Assembly: GCA_002269645.1 (NCBI GenBank)
Contig: NIVC01002863.1
Span: 1-64,000 of the forward strand
Reading direction: 5' to 3'
Length of the DNA stretch: 64,000 nt
Source: Macrostomum lignano
Lineage: Eukaryota
Under the pieces are notes generated by a model. It ran no database searches. It saw nothing but the letters and a program-made list of their open reading frames with translations, and had not been told where the DNA came from. The stretch's first letter is position 1, and every line of letters begins with the position of its first letter. The position numbers and the translations under genes were made by a program. This document shows, one piece after another, positions 24,268 through 40,477 of this stretch.

Positions 24268-24651
24268 AGCCCTCAAGAGCGTTCCTTTCGAGAACTCCGG
24301 ATCCTCCGTCAGGTGCCACAGCGTCCTGCTGTATGCTGTATACAGCTGCATCAGAGCCGTGAAGAAGATGAACAGCTCCATCCTGGCCAGACTCTCTCCC
24401 AGACAAGCTCTCTTGCCCAGACCGAAAGTGGCCAGGTGGGGACACGGCGCGAACTGTCCGTCCTTCAGATGCCGCTCGGGCAGGAAGCGCTGCGGCTCCG
24501 GGAACAGCTCGGGGTCGTGGTGGATCGAGTACACGTTGAAGGCGCAGATGCTGTCAGCCTTGAGACGAACTCCACCGACTGTGATGTCTTCAGTGACCCG
24601 GTGGAACACGCCAAACGGAGCGAGACACGACTTGCGATGCACCTCCTCGAT
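24268..24651 (-). pseudogene. Truncated P450 fragment (K-helix to just past the heme motif), near-identical to 22048-22445
   Basis: 384-bp match with 7 substitutions and one deletion-plus-filler. It has no start codon or 5' region and ends in TAA after ...LLRA. Confidence 0.9.
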
Positions 24652-24670
24652 TTTATGGAATAGCCAGGTA

Positions 24671-24981
24671 CAGGGGTGTCGCTATGGATTTTATGGTGGG
24701 AGGACAAAGCCGAGAATTCACATGTGTTGTCATTGATCATTTTGGCGCCGCAGGCACCATTTTAGCGCCGCAGGCACCATTTTGGCGCCGCAGGCACCAT
24801 TTTAGCGCCAAAGGCATTTATTTTGGTGCTGCAGGCGCTATGTTTTGTCACCCTGAAGCAAAATTATTGATTTCCATAACAGGACAACAAGAAGGGGTGG
24901 GGGGACAAAGCATTGGCATTTTCCCGCATTGCTTTTACTGGGGGGACATGTCCCCCCTGTCCCCCGGTGACGACGCCCCTG
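24671..24981. mobile_element. hAT-type MITE, 311 bp
   Basis: TIRs CAGGGGTGTCG / CGACGCCCCTG. Flanking 8-bp TSD GCCAGGTA / CCCAGGTA (7/8 match). Internal 20-bp tandem TTTTGGCGCCGCAGGCACCA. Confidence 0.8.
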
Positions 24982-25355
24982 CCCAGGTATTCCTGTTACA
25001 GAAACATTTCTTGACAAAATATTAGTAGAATACGTCATTTCTTGAAGTAAAAGACGTCATTCTTACATCATATTTTCCGGTTACGTATTGCGCGCTGTAC
25101 GAGAGTGGGTTTCAACATTGGGTCCATGTTGAGCGTTTTGGTGACAGCAAGCAAAATTATGCAAAATAGCATATTTTAAGTGATCAGATAGCCTTAGAAA
25201 TGCAAGTTTTACTTGTAAACAAATTTCACAATTACGAAGGTCTAATTTTGGCCACGCCAACATTATATAAGCCTTCGGCCTTGCACAAACTGCCCTCCAA
25301 CACTACTTTCGTTGCGACAGCTGTGACTAACGAACGAACCTGATTAAGTTCAGCC

Positions 25356-26007
25356 ATGAGCGACGTGACCTTCGGAACCACCGTTGGCGTAGAGCTCTGC
25401 CTTAGCTGGCGACCAGCTTCGGGCAGCGAAATTCCAGACAACGCTGCGGATGCGGGAGGCCAGTGCTACGTGATCAGAGCTGAGCACAAAGGAGAATGGG
25501 TACCCGGCAAGCTGGTCAGGGGCCAAGCCTGTGCGTACATCTCGTTCGGCGGCAGAGAGCTGCCGGTGCACAGCTATCAGGTCCTGGTGCGCTCTTGCAC
25601 TGATCGATTTGGCGTTGGCTTTACCTGGGCACCCGTCAGAGACGGAGTCCTGCCCCAGCGGGCGCTGGTAGCAGGGAGCGACAGAGGCAGCCCGCTGTTC
25701 GTGGTCAGGGGCAAGGTAAGCAGCTGTGTTCTTGGTTTATTTCACGCTAAACTATTCATGCAATTATGGGCTTATTCAGGGGCGGAGCCAGGATATGCAT
25801 CGGGAGGGGCGCGTCTTTGAGGTGTCCTGAGGGTGCCAAAGTACTATATACATGTACTTCTGCGAGGGGTTGTAGCCTAGAGGGTCGAACTGAAGGAGAA
25901 ACCAGACTAAGTGGTCCGGGGTTCGATTCTCGACGCATTGGGAACAATTTGTATCATGGAGTAAGACACACAACTCTGAATTGCTTCGGTTCACCCAGCT
26001 GTAAAAT

Positions 26008-26060
<53 letters not shown>

Positions 26061-27303
26061 TGTGGGTGGGTGTGGGTGTGGGTGTGGGTGTGGGTGTGGC
26101 GACTGAAACTGTGACATCTGACTGAAACTCTAGCATCTGACTGAAACTGTGACATCTGACTGAAACTGTAGCATCTGACTGAAACTGTGACATCTGACTG
26201 AAACTGTGACATCTGACTGAAACTGTAGCATCTGACTGAAACTGTGACATCTGACTGAAACTGCGACATCTGACTGAAACTGTGACACCTGACTGAAACT
26301 GTGACATCTGACTGAAACTGTGACATCTGACTGAAACTGTGACATCTGACTGAAACTCTAGCATCTGACTGAAACTGTGACATCTGACTGAAACTGTGAC
26401 ATCTGACTGAAACTGTAGCATCTGAATGAAACTGTGACATCTGACTGAAACTGTAGCATCTGACTGAAACTGCGACATCTGACTGAAACTGTGACATCTG
26501 ACTGAAACTGTAGCATCTGAATGAAACTGTAGCATCTGAATGAAACTGTGACATCTGACTGAAACTGTGACATCTGACTGAAACTGTGACATCTGACTGA
26601 AACTGTGACATCTGACTGAAACTGTGACATCTGACTGAAACTGTGACATCTGACTGAAACTCTAGCATCTGAATGAAACTGTGACATCTGACTGAAACTG
26701 TGACATCTGACTGAAACTGCGACATCTGACTGAAACTGTGACATCTGACTGAAACTGTGACATCTGACTGAAACTGTGACATCTGACTGAAACTGTGACA
26801 TCTGACTGAAACTGTGACATCTGACTGAAACTGTGACATCTGACTGAAACTGTGACATCTGACTGAAACTGTGACATCTGACTGAAACTGTGACATCTGA
26901 CTGAAACTGTGACATCTGACTGAAACTGTGACATCTGACTGAAACTCTAGCATCTGACTGAAACTGTGACATCTGACTGAAACTGTGACACCTGGCTTAA
27001 AAACACGAAATTCCGCATTCTGATTTACAAGGACCACTAGAATCTAACGTTCTAAAATTGTCCTTGCTGGTTACACAATTTGCAACATTTCCAGTCAGTT
27101 AAATTGTATCGCACAGGCAAAGCCGCTACACAATGGCTACAATATATCTGATATAAAGTTGCACTTTTCTCTTGCAGTGCAACGGAGAAGTGTGCACAGG
27201 CAAGGCCGTCTTAGGCCACCACAGGGCCTACGTACCGTATGGCGGAGAGGAGCGAGCTCTGGACTCTTTTGAAGTTCTGGTCTTCAACTGCGGTTCGAAA
27301 TAG
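25356..27303 (+). CDS. DM9-repeat (DUF3421) protein, probable mannose-binding lectin, 161 aa
   Basis: Exons 25356..25715 and 27178..27303. Two DM9 units: YVIRAEHKGEWVPGK...AYISFGG.E...YQVL and LFVVRGKCNGEVCTGK...AYVPYGGEE...FEVL. TATATAA at ~25264. Confidence 0.85.
26008..26098. repeat. (GT)n / (GTGTGG)n microsatellite
   Basis: Lies in the DM9 intron. Confidence 0.95.
26100..26992. repeat. 19-bp intronic minisatellite (GACTGAAACTGTGACATCT), ~47 copies
   Basis: Lies in the DM9 intron and explains the SQMSQFQSDV ORFs. Confidence 0.97.
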
Positions 27304-27700
27304 AGTTGAGATTGATTGTTCTTGACATTGATTTCGAACATTAACTTGTAGCACAATACCTTTCAATTTGTACCTCTGCGCGATTAACCTCTATGCAATC
27401 AACTGGGTCTTCGATCTGTGAAATACGCTGTAAGAATACAATATACTTTGCTATTGAGACTGGCTATATTTAACTCAGAAAGCTGGAATTATTACAATAC
27501 ACAATCTTACGCCGTTGTAGAACTTTCTGGCTTAAGTATCCAAATTCTTGCAACTTTGTTTGCATGTTTTAAGGTTTCAACCTTTATTTTTAACTTTGAT
27601 ACGAGTCAGGAAAAGTCTTCCAAACGTCACAACACTTCTCAAAGCACTTTAAACTCGTCAAGGGAAGCATGCAGAGTTTTCTAGTGAGCTCCAGCGCTCT

Positions 27701-28060
27701 GGGCTGTGCGCACCTGTCTATCCTCCAGTGCACTCCATTTGTTTGGCTAAGTGCTGTGCGCACCTGTCTATCCTCCAGTGCACTCCATTTGTTTAGCTAA
27801 GGGCTGTGCGCACCTGTCTATCCTCCAGTGCACTCCATTTGTTTGGCTAAGGGCTGTGCGCACCTGTCTATCCTCCAGTGCACTCCATTTGTTTGGCTAA
27901 GGGCTGTGCGCACCTGTCTATCCTCCAGTGCACTCCATTTGTTTGGCTAAGGGCTGTGCGCACCTGTCTATCCTCCAGTGCACTCCATTTGTTTGGCTAA
28001 GGGCTGTGCGCACCTGTCTATCCTCCAGTGCACTCCATTTGTTTGGCTAAGGGCTGTGCG
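27701..28060. repeat. 50-bp tandem repeat, ~7 copies
   Basis: GGGCTGTGCGCACCTGTCTATCCTCCAGTGCACTCCATTTGTTTGGCTAA, located between the convergent DM9 and IFT70 3' ends. Confidence 0.95.
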
Positions 28061-28957
28061 ACTGCTTCAGATTTCAATTCAGGTTGACTCAGGGCACAAT
28101 TGTTTTGAAAACTGCAGATTAATTAGGAGCCACAAGACAGTATTTATGAATTCAAGAAATCTGTTTTCACTTCAGAATAGTTCTTTAAGTATTGCATAGA
28201 AAACTGTTTTTAGCATAAATGTTTGGCGATGCGCTTGCATCAGCCGGATATGCACAATATAAGCTGGTATAAGCTAGTGAACACCTGAAATTACAGGAAA
28301 CGATTGTACAGAAATTGTATAGGAGTGAAATTCAACCACAGAAGAAGAGATAATACGCAGCAAGGACGGTTGAAACAACCTGTATGTTGTCAGCTAACAG
28401 CTTCTAATCAGTGACATCTGGGCCTTCTTCTTGGCCCTACAAGAAGTGCTAAAAAGATAGTTTGAGCTACGATCGTGCTTAGGCATACAAGATGTGGCAA
28501 CTCGCAGCTGGTGTGAAAGTACATGCAGAAATTGTCAAAACGAATTTGGACCGATGTTTAGTCGTCAATACGTCAGGGCCTGTGTGCACCCTGTGCAATG
28601 ACGCTGCATCAGTGAGTCTTTGAAGGTTACAAAGTACTTTCGGCATAAGTCCTAGTCCAGCCTCACTGACTTCCACCAGTCTGAGTGCCACATAGAAGAC
28701 TATAAAGGAGAAGCTAAACATCGACTCACAACAACAATTTAATCAAATAAATATAATTGAAATCTGCTTAAACAGTGAATATGACACCCATAAATAAATA
28801 AAATAATTGCTTGCACTTTCTGCGCATAAATTAAAAATCAAAAGTTGAATATCAACAGATTGCATGAGACGCGTGGGTTGACTTAGGGCAGTAAAATGAG
28901 TAAAATAGCCGGTTGGGGCTGCTTACAGTAGCATATTGCAAATCTTTGCAAATCAGT

Positions 28958-33772
<4,815 letters not shown>

Positions 33773-36264
33773 TGACTGAAATGCAAATTAATATAAAATC
33801 AAGCAATTCTGCAGATGACTTTCTTCCGGTGTAATTACAATATTGCATTTTTTGTAATTTACCAATCTTCAAGTTGGATGAAGATTTCATAAGTATACTC
33901 AAACTGAAATACTCATTCATAAGTATGAGTAAATAAGTATATATAGTATATATATGCATAACTTTATGCATAAAGCTCATGCATAAAACATCAGATGAAA
34001 TCGTATGTACTTATAAAGTGGGAAATGAGAAGGGAACTCAAAAATTATTTAAACATGTGTGATCAACTGAATAAATTAACTTCTGAATGATTTAAAACAA
34101 ACATTATTTTTTATTTTGGGTTTAGATAATGTGTTCAGAATAAATTTGTCCCTCCATTCGTAAAGCTGTCTGAATAAAAAATCCTGCTAAATTATTTCTA
34201 TCAACAGATCAATAAAAATCTAGTGATTAGTAATCGATCTTGACTTGTAAAACTCCTCATGCAGATTGGTATAGCCAGACTGCCCAGACAGAAAGTATAT
34301 TCTTGATTTTTTTACTAATAATGTAATGAAAGAAATCCAACGATGATCAGTAGAAAATAATATGGTGAAATATTCACGAAAATCACTTATACTTAGCAGT
34401 CTGTCAAGGCCAAGACCGCCCTACTTGTTCTCTGACAGCTGTTGTGTTAGTGTTTACAAATGAAACGCTGCCTGCAAGTACATTCTCGTTGGTTGTTAAA
34501 ATATAAAATTGTGTACAATTATATTTATTTTCTAAAATACGTTATCATTTATTGCCGTTTGTTATACTGAAGTTAATTTTAAGAATAGATGAATGAGTAG
34601 AGCGCACAAATGGCACAGGCTATTTATTGAAAAAAGCCTCGAAATATTTGTGTTAAATTACCTATATCAAGCAAAACTTTCTCATTTAAATATGGTTTTT
34701 AAGTAGTTTTTAAAATCAAAAACTTTTTTCTGACACTTAGTAGCCCTTTTTGTTATACAATTTCACACCGACTTTTACTGCAAATATACTTTGATTAAAC
34801 AGTACAAAACTTTAAAATTATCATCGTGAATGCGAATCAATTTTCCAAGAACTCGACTCTAGGCCCATGTTGCATATGAAAGACGTTCATACGAAGACGT
34901 AGACACACACAAGCACATTGGCTTCCTCCTTGTGCGTCATTCAGACGCGAATTCAGAAAAAAATTGAAAGGGTTACCTGAGTGTCAAACACAAAACTTAC
35001 AGGTCAGGTGTTTGATTCCTATGTGGTCGGTGGTGACCTCTCACTCTCAGTCCTTGGACTAAACATCCATATGCATCCTTTAGATGCCTTTTAATAGCTA
35101 TAGGGGCCTAGCTAAGCTGTTAGTTACATATCTGGCCTAATTGGGGCATGTATTATAATCAATGATCAATAATAATTATTATTGTTTGATAATTGTCTTA
35201 AGTTAGTGAACTATTATTTATAGTGGTAGCAAATATGATTTTTTTGATTTGGTAAGACTAGTCTAGACTATATATATATATATTATAATTACTATTAGAC
35301 ATAGTTGTAAGTTTTTGTTTGTTAGTTGTAATAAACATAATCTAAATTTATTTGCAAATTTATATCCATCTATCTAGTTTTGGTGAATTGTTTATGTACT
35401 TCTATTAATCCTAGGCCTAGTATAGCTTTTATTATCAATTTTTCAAATATAATACCTAAGCCTTAGATAAGGTATAGATATTAAAGGCTATTATAAAGCA
35501 TTTAGGGTAAGGTTAAGAAATTGAATTTTTTATTTAATTCTTTGGTTTTATTACAAGTATTTAAAGCTATACATATTTTATTCAAAGTTAAACTTACCTG
35601 TTGTAATTTATTATATAAATGTCTTATATTGACCAAAGCCAAGGACCTGTATATAAAATATTAGGATAAATTATCCTATATTCTTCGCTAAACTTCTTAT
35701 CAAACAACAGTTTTTAATTTAGTTATTTTCTCATTATAATACCAATTGTTTTGTATCTAAAGTTTTTAATTTTGATATTCATTTTTTATATTTCAGCTTA
35801 TTTGTTTTCATGTTTTTAGTTAGGGGACTAGGTTATAAATAATAAGTATAAGAGAAATAACAAATGGTTGCCTTAGCAAATTAACTAGCAACTATCTATA
35901 TCTAGAACTGGCTAGATCCAAGGTTACCTAGCCAAAACAAGTGTGCAAGAATCTTATAATCATCAGAATCCTAGTGCCATTCATACCTAGATCCAAATTT
36001 AAAATTCTATATTTAAAACCTAGATGCTAGCTAAGACCAGTCATTAAGTTCAAAATCAAATTAAGTACAAACATTTCTACTCTAGATTTTATATTACTGA
36101 GCCTCTTTGACCTACAAAGAACTTTAAAAGTTTTTAAACTCCTTATTTAAAGATTAATTGAATTTGACAATTGATAGATACAAGTCTTAAAATCCCTTTA
36201 TTGGAGTTTATACAATACAATTTATTGTATTGCTGAGCTGCATATGTCTTACAGAGCTGATGTC

Positions 36265-39226
36265 ATGGACTCGGCCGCCCTGCTGCCCATCGACATCCAG
36301 AGCAACAAGCTCACCGACTGGCTGGTCAGCCGCCGCATCTGCGACCGCCACTGGCTGCGGGACGCTGCCGAGGTTCGCCGGCGCATCGCCCAGCTGGCCG
36401 CCTCCGACAGCCTCGGCCAGGAGGGCGTCAGCGCCGAGCTGCAGGCCGCGCTGCGCCAGCCGCAGATTCACTACTGGCATTGCGACCGCATTGCCGAGGC
36501 ACTGAAGAAGCTCGATTCCGCCAACAAGTCCTTCCTGTTCGGCTACTCGTCTGCCGTCATCCGCGAGCTCGATGCCATTCTCAAAATATACAGGTCAGTC
36601 AGTCAGTCAGTCAGTCAGTCAGTCAGTCAGTCAGTCAGTCAGTCAGTCAGTCAGTCAGTCAGTCAGTCAGTCAGTCAGTCAGTCAGTCAGTCAGTCAGTC
36701 AGTCAGTCAGTCAGTCAGTCAGTCAGTCAGTCAGTCAGTCAGTCAGTCAGTCAGTCAGTCAGTCAGTCAGTCAGTCAGTCAGTCAGTCAGTCAGTCAGTC
36801 AGTCAGTCAGTCAGTCAGTCAGTCAGTCAGTCAGTCAGTCAGTCAGTCAGTCAGTCAGTCAGTCAGTCAGTCAGTCAGTCAGTCAGTCAGTCAGTCAGTC
36901 AGTCAGTCAGTCAGTCAGTCAGTCAGTCAGTCAGTCAGTCAGTCAGTCAGTCAGTCAGTCAGTCAGTCAGTCAGTCAGTCAGTCAGTCAGTCAGTCAGTC
37001 AGTCAGTCAGTCAGTCAGTCAGTCAGTCAGTCAGTCAGTCAGTCAGTCAGTCAGTCAGTCAGTCAGTCAGTCAGTCAGTCAGTCAGTCAGTCAGTCAGTC
37101 AGTCAGTCAGTCAGTCAGTCAGTCAGTCAGTCAGTCAGTCAGTCAGTCAGTCAGTCAGTCAGTCAGTCAGTCATCCCATGCATTCCAGACGAGGCAGCTG
37201 CTACGTGGCGGACGCCAGCCGGCTGCTCACCAAGCTGGTGCAGGAGGAGGCGCCGCTGTTGAAGCGCCAATCGGAGCGCACAAGGCGGCGCCAGGCGGAA
37301 TGCGAGCGGCGCAAAGGTGAACTGGCCGCCTCTGGCGCCGAGGCCAGGTAAGGAGAGCCCTGGACGGGAGAGAAGAGAAGGAGATAGGATAGGGAGGGAG
37401 GGAGGGAGGGAGGGAGGGGAGGGAGAGAGGAGAGGGGAGGGAGAGAGGAGAGGGGAGGGAGAGAGGAGAGAGGAGAAGGGAAGCAGAAATGAGAGGAGAG
37501 GAGGCGGAACCAAATTTATCACTCAGTACGGTAAAGTTAAAGCTGTCTGGCCCGCGGGCCGGAGTTAACCGACTCAAATACGTCTAAGAGTTGCCGGAGC
37601 AACTTTTCAACTTATTAAATCGATCTGCGAGTTAAACAACAGGTTAACTAACAATGGTACTCTACTAGGAGAGCTCTGGAGTCACTGTTGACTGCACATC
37701 CCCCTTCCACAACACCGCAGGGCAAAGTTCGCGGCGCTCTGCCGCCAGTTCGGCTTGGCGAGCGCGGCGGACTCGGACAGCTCCGGTGGTCAGCAGCTGC
37801 CGCTGGCGCGGGTGCGCGCCGAGCTCATCGCGCAGGCGGAGGCGCTGCCCAACTGGTTCGATGGCGCCTGCATGGAGGCGGTCCGGGGCCTCGCCGACGC
37901 GCTGCGGCTGTACGCGGAGTTCCTGCGGCAGACGGGCGGCGCGCCGGAGTCGCCGCTGTGCCCGACGCTCGGCTACCTGCTGGCCAGCGGCAACACCACG
38001 CAGTACGAGTTCGCGCTGGGCCGGCCGCCGGCCAGGGTCGAGCCGTTCCGCATGGCGCTGCCCGCCGAGTTCGACTGCCCGGCCGCCGGGGACGCCGCCG
38101 GCGACGGCGACTCCACTGCCGGCGACGACTCGGGCGGCATCGACTTTGGCGACGATATCGACTTCTCCGCCGTTGACGAGGCTGCTGGCATCGACTTCTC
38201 CGGGATTGAGATTGCCGACTCGGAGGACCAGCTGGGCGCCGCGACCGCTGATGCCGGCGAAGGTCTCGAGGGAGACGGCGTGGCGCGGGGTGAACAGGTC
38301 AGTCTGCGATGATTTTCCGAGTCCAGTTAGCGGTTTTCTGATTCTCGCGCCACACGACCGCTGCTGGTTTGCGGGGGGGGGGCAAATTCAGTTCGGAACT
38401 TGTGTGCGCGAAAATTGGCCCGGAGTTGTCGTGAGATTCGCAGCCAACCCCTAAGGCACAGAGAGTGTACAGTACTGTACAGTACAGTGTACTCTACAGT
38501 GTACAGAGTGTACAGTACTGTACTGTACAGTGTACTCTACAGTGTACAGAGAGTGTACTGTACTGTACAGTACAGTGTACTCTACAGTGTACAGAGAGTG
38601 TACTGTACTGTACAGTACAGTGTACTCTACAGTGTACAGAGAGTGTACAGTTGTTTAAATATTTCCCTGTTTGGCAACAATTCAAATTAAGAATTTAATT
38701 TCCCGCGCCCATCCGCCGCAATTCACAGGCGCGGTCGGTGCTGGACACTCTGGACCTTCGGGAGCGTCTGCTCGATGATCTGCACGAGCTGGACGCCTTC
38801 TACAGCCGGCTGGGCCAGGAGCTCGCCGACCACTCCAACTGCGTCAGCCAGGCCGTGCTCTCCGCCTCCTCTGCCGTCGGTGAGATCGCAGCGGCCGAGC
38901 CGGGCAGCCGGGCCCGCGCCCTGATTGGTCAGCTGACGGAGCCCAGCCGGCAGCACCTCATGCTCACCAGGTCCTCGCCGGCCTACCTCAGCCGCCTGCT
39001 GCAGCGCTTCTCCAGCCTGCGCGATCAGGCCGACAAGGCGGCCGCGGCCTCCAAACTGCTGGAGCAGCGCCGGCGAGAGTCCGAGGACGAAGAGCGAGAC
39101 TTGGAGCAGCAGCTGGCGGCGCTGCGAGCCCAGATCAAGGAGCTGAAGAAGCTGATTGAGTCCGAGATCTCGCAGCGCTGCGACAATCGGCGGGTAAACA
39201 TCATGGGCGAGGTGAATGCGGTGTGA
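36265..39226 (+). CDS. CDK5RAP3: CDK5 regulatory subunit-associated protein 3 (C53/LZAP), ~520 aa
   Basis: Exons 36265..36593, 37189..37347, 37721..38297 and 38729..39226 (1563 nt, in phase). Segments LPIDIQSNKLTDWLVSRR, IHYWHC, SFLFGYSS, an acidic IDF-motif linker, LLDDLHELDAF and C-terminal RRVNIMG. Confidence 0.92.
36594..37173. repeat. Perfect (GTCA)145 microsatellite starting at the donor GT
   Basis: Lies in CDK5RAP3 intron 1. Confidence 0.97.
37370..37505. repeat. GA-rich tract with ~19-bp repeats
   Basis: Lies in CDK5RAP3 intron 2. Confidence 0.8.
38464..38650. repeat. 45-bp GTAC-rich tandem repeat
   Basis: Lies in CDK5RAP3 intron 3. TCTACAGTGTACAGAGAG recurs at 38536, 38581 and 38626. 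Confidence 0.9.
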
Positions 39227-40477
39227 CATTCAGTGCTAGACTGATGCACAGCTACTTGGTGTGGACAATCTTAGTTGCTGTGTCATCAATCCCAGAAGAA
39301 GCTTGATTGAAAGAGACGTTTCTCATATTTATCATTCTGAGATTTCATGGTTATAAATTATTCTAATCTGCTTTGGTGTCGGGCAGCTTTAGTTTTTGTC
39401 TTCTGATGTTGCATGGTGGGTACAGATATAATCAAACAAAAATATGTTTATGCTTTGCTGTTTGTGCCGCCCCTGTGATCGGATTGTATTGTCAGCGTTA
39501 AATATAGCATTCATTATTATTATAGTCTGTCTTTTGTGGGTGGTTTACGCGATAAAAGAAATTGTTGTGCTTGCTTGAATGTTATGCGGTCTTTCTTGCA
39601 TCAATTTAGAAATTATTTCTACTTCCTTTGTTGATGTAGCTGCTGCTTATGAAACTAGATATAAAGGTGTCATCTTCTACCGTATGAAGGGTATATACAT
39701 GTATCTTTATGCTTGCTGAAATGGTTATTATTGAGGCTACCTGAAATTTGAAATCGAGAAAATTATAACAGCGATCTCAATGATACTGGTAGCATATACA
39801 CGTACAATACCGGTATGCGAGTGTGCATGTAAAAATATGCAATCACCAGTTCGTCCATAATAACTGGAAAACTGGAGCTGCTTGTACATTGTAAATTTGT
39901 AAGTGCACTCATATTTTTAGATCTGTTAAAAAAAGTAAATAAAACTGATTAAATCTAGGACTGTACGTACTACCACATGTACGCATCTATCCACCATGTA
40001 CGTGAGCCATGCAGGTTTTTGAGCTAAAAAACCAAGCTTAAGAACAATAAGTGGTAGAGAATTTAGTGATAGAGGCCCCATAAAATTAGGAACAGTCTAA
40101 ACAATAATTGATGTATATAGTACATAGATCAACATTGAGTTTTGTAAGTACGCTGCGTCGGTCCCGAGGTGCCAGCACCAATTCAAAGTCAAGACTCATC
40201 ATTTGAAGGCTGGTACCATTATTTGACGGCATATTTAATCTTTATTTGCCTTAGTTTAGTGTTGACATGAGTTTAATCGATTGCTTCTGTTCTAAATGCT
40301 CGATATGTTTCTGTTTTGGTGAATTTTGCAGCGACTTCGTTATTTCGGTAAAACGTAACCAGGCCAGACGCGGTAAAAAACGTTCTAAGAAACAAAAACA
40401 GTAAATCGCCAATGTTCAGTGCCCAAATTGGTTTTGCTTATACCTTTCACGTGTTTTTTTCAGTACAGTAGTAACAC

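Noticed and set aside
25900-25945. tRNA gene (GGTTCGATTC B-box)
   Set aside because: There is no A-box or cloverleaf. At most it is a SINE remnant.
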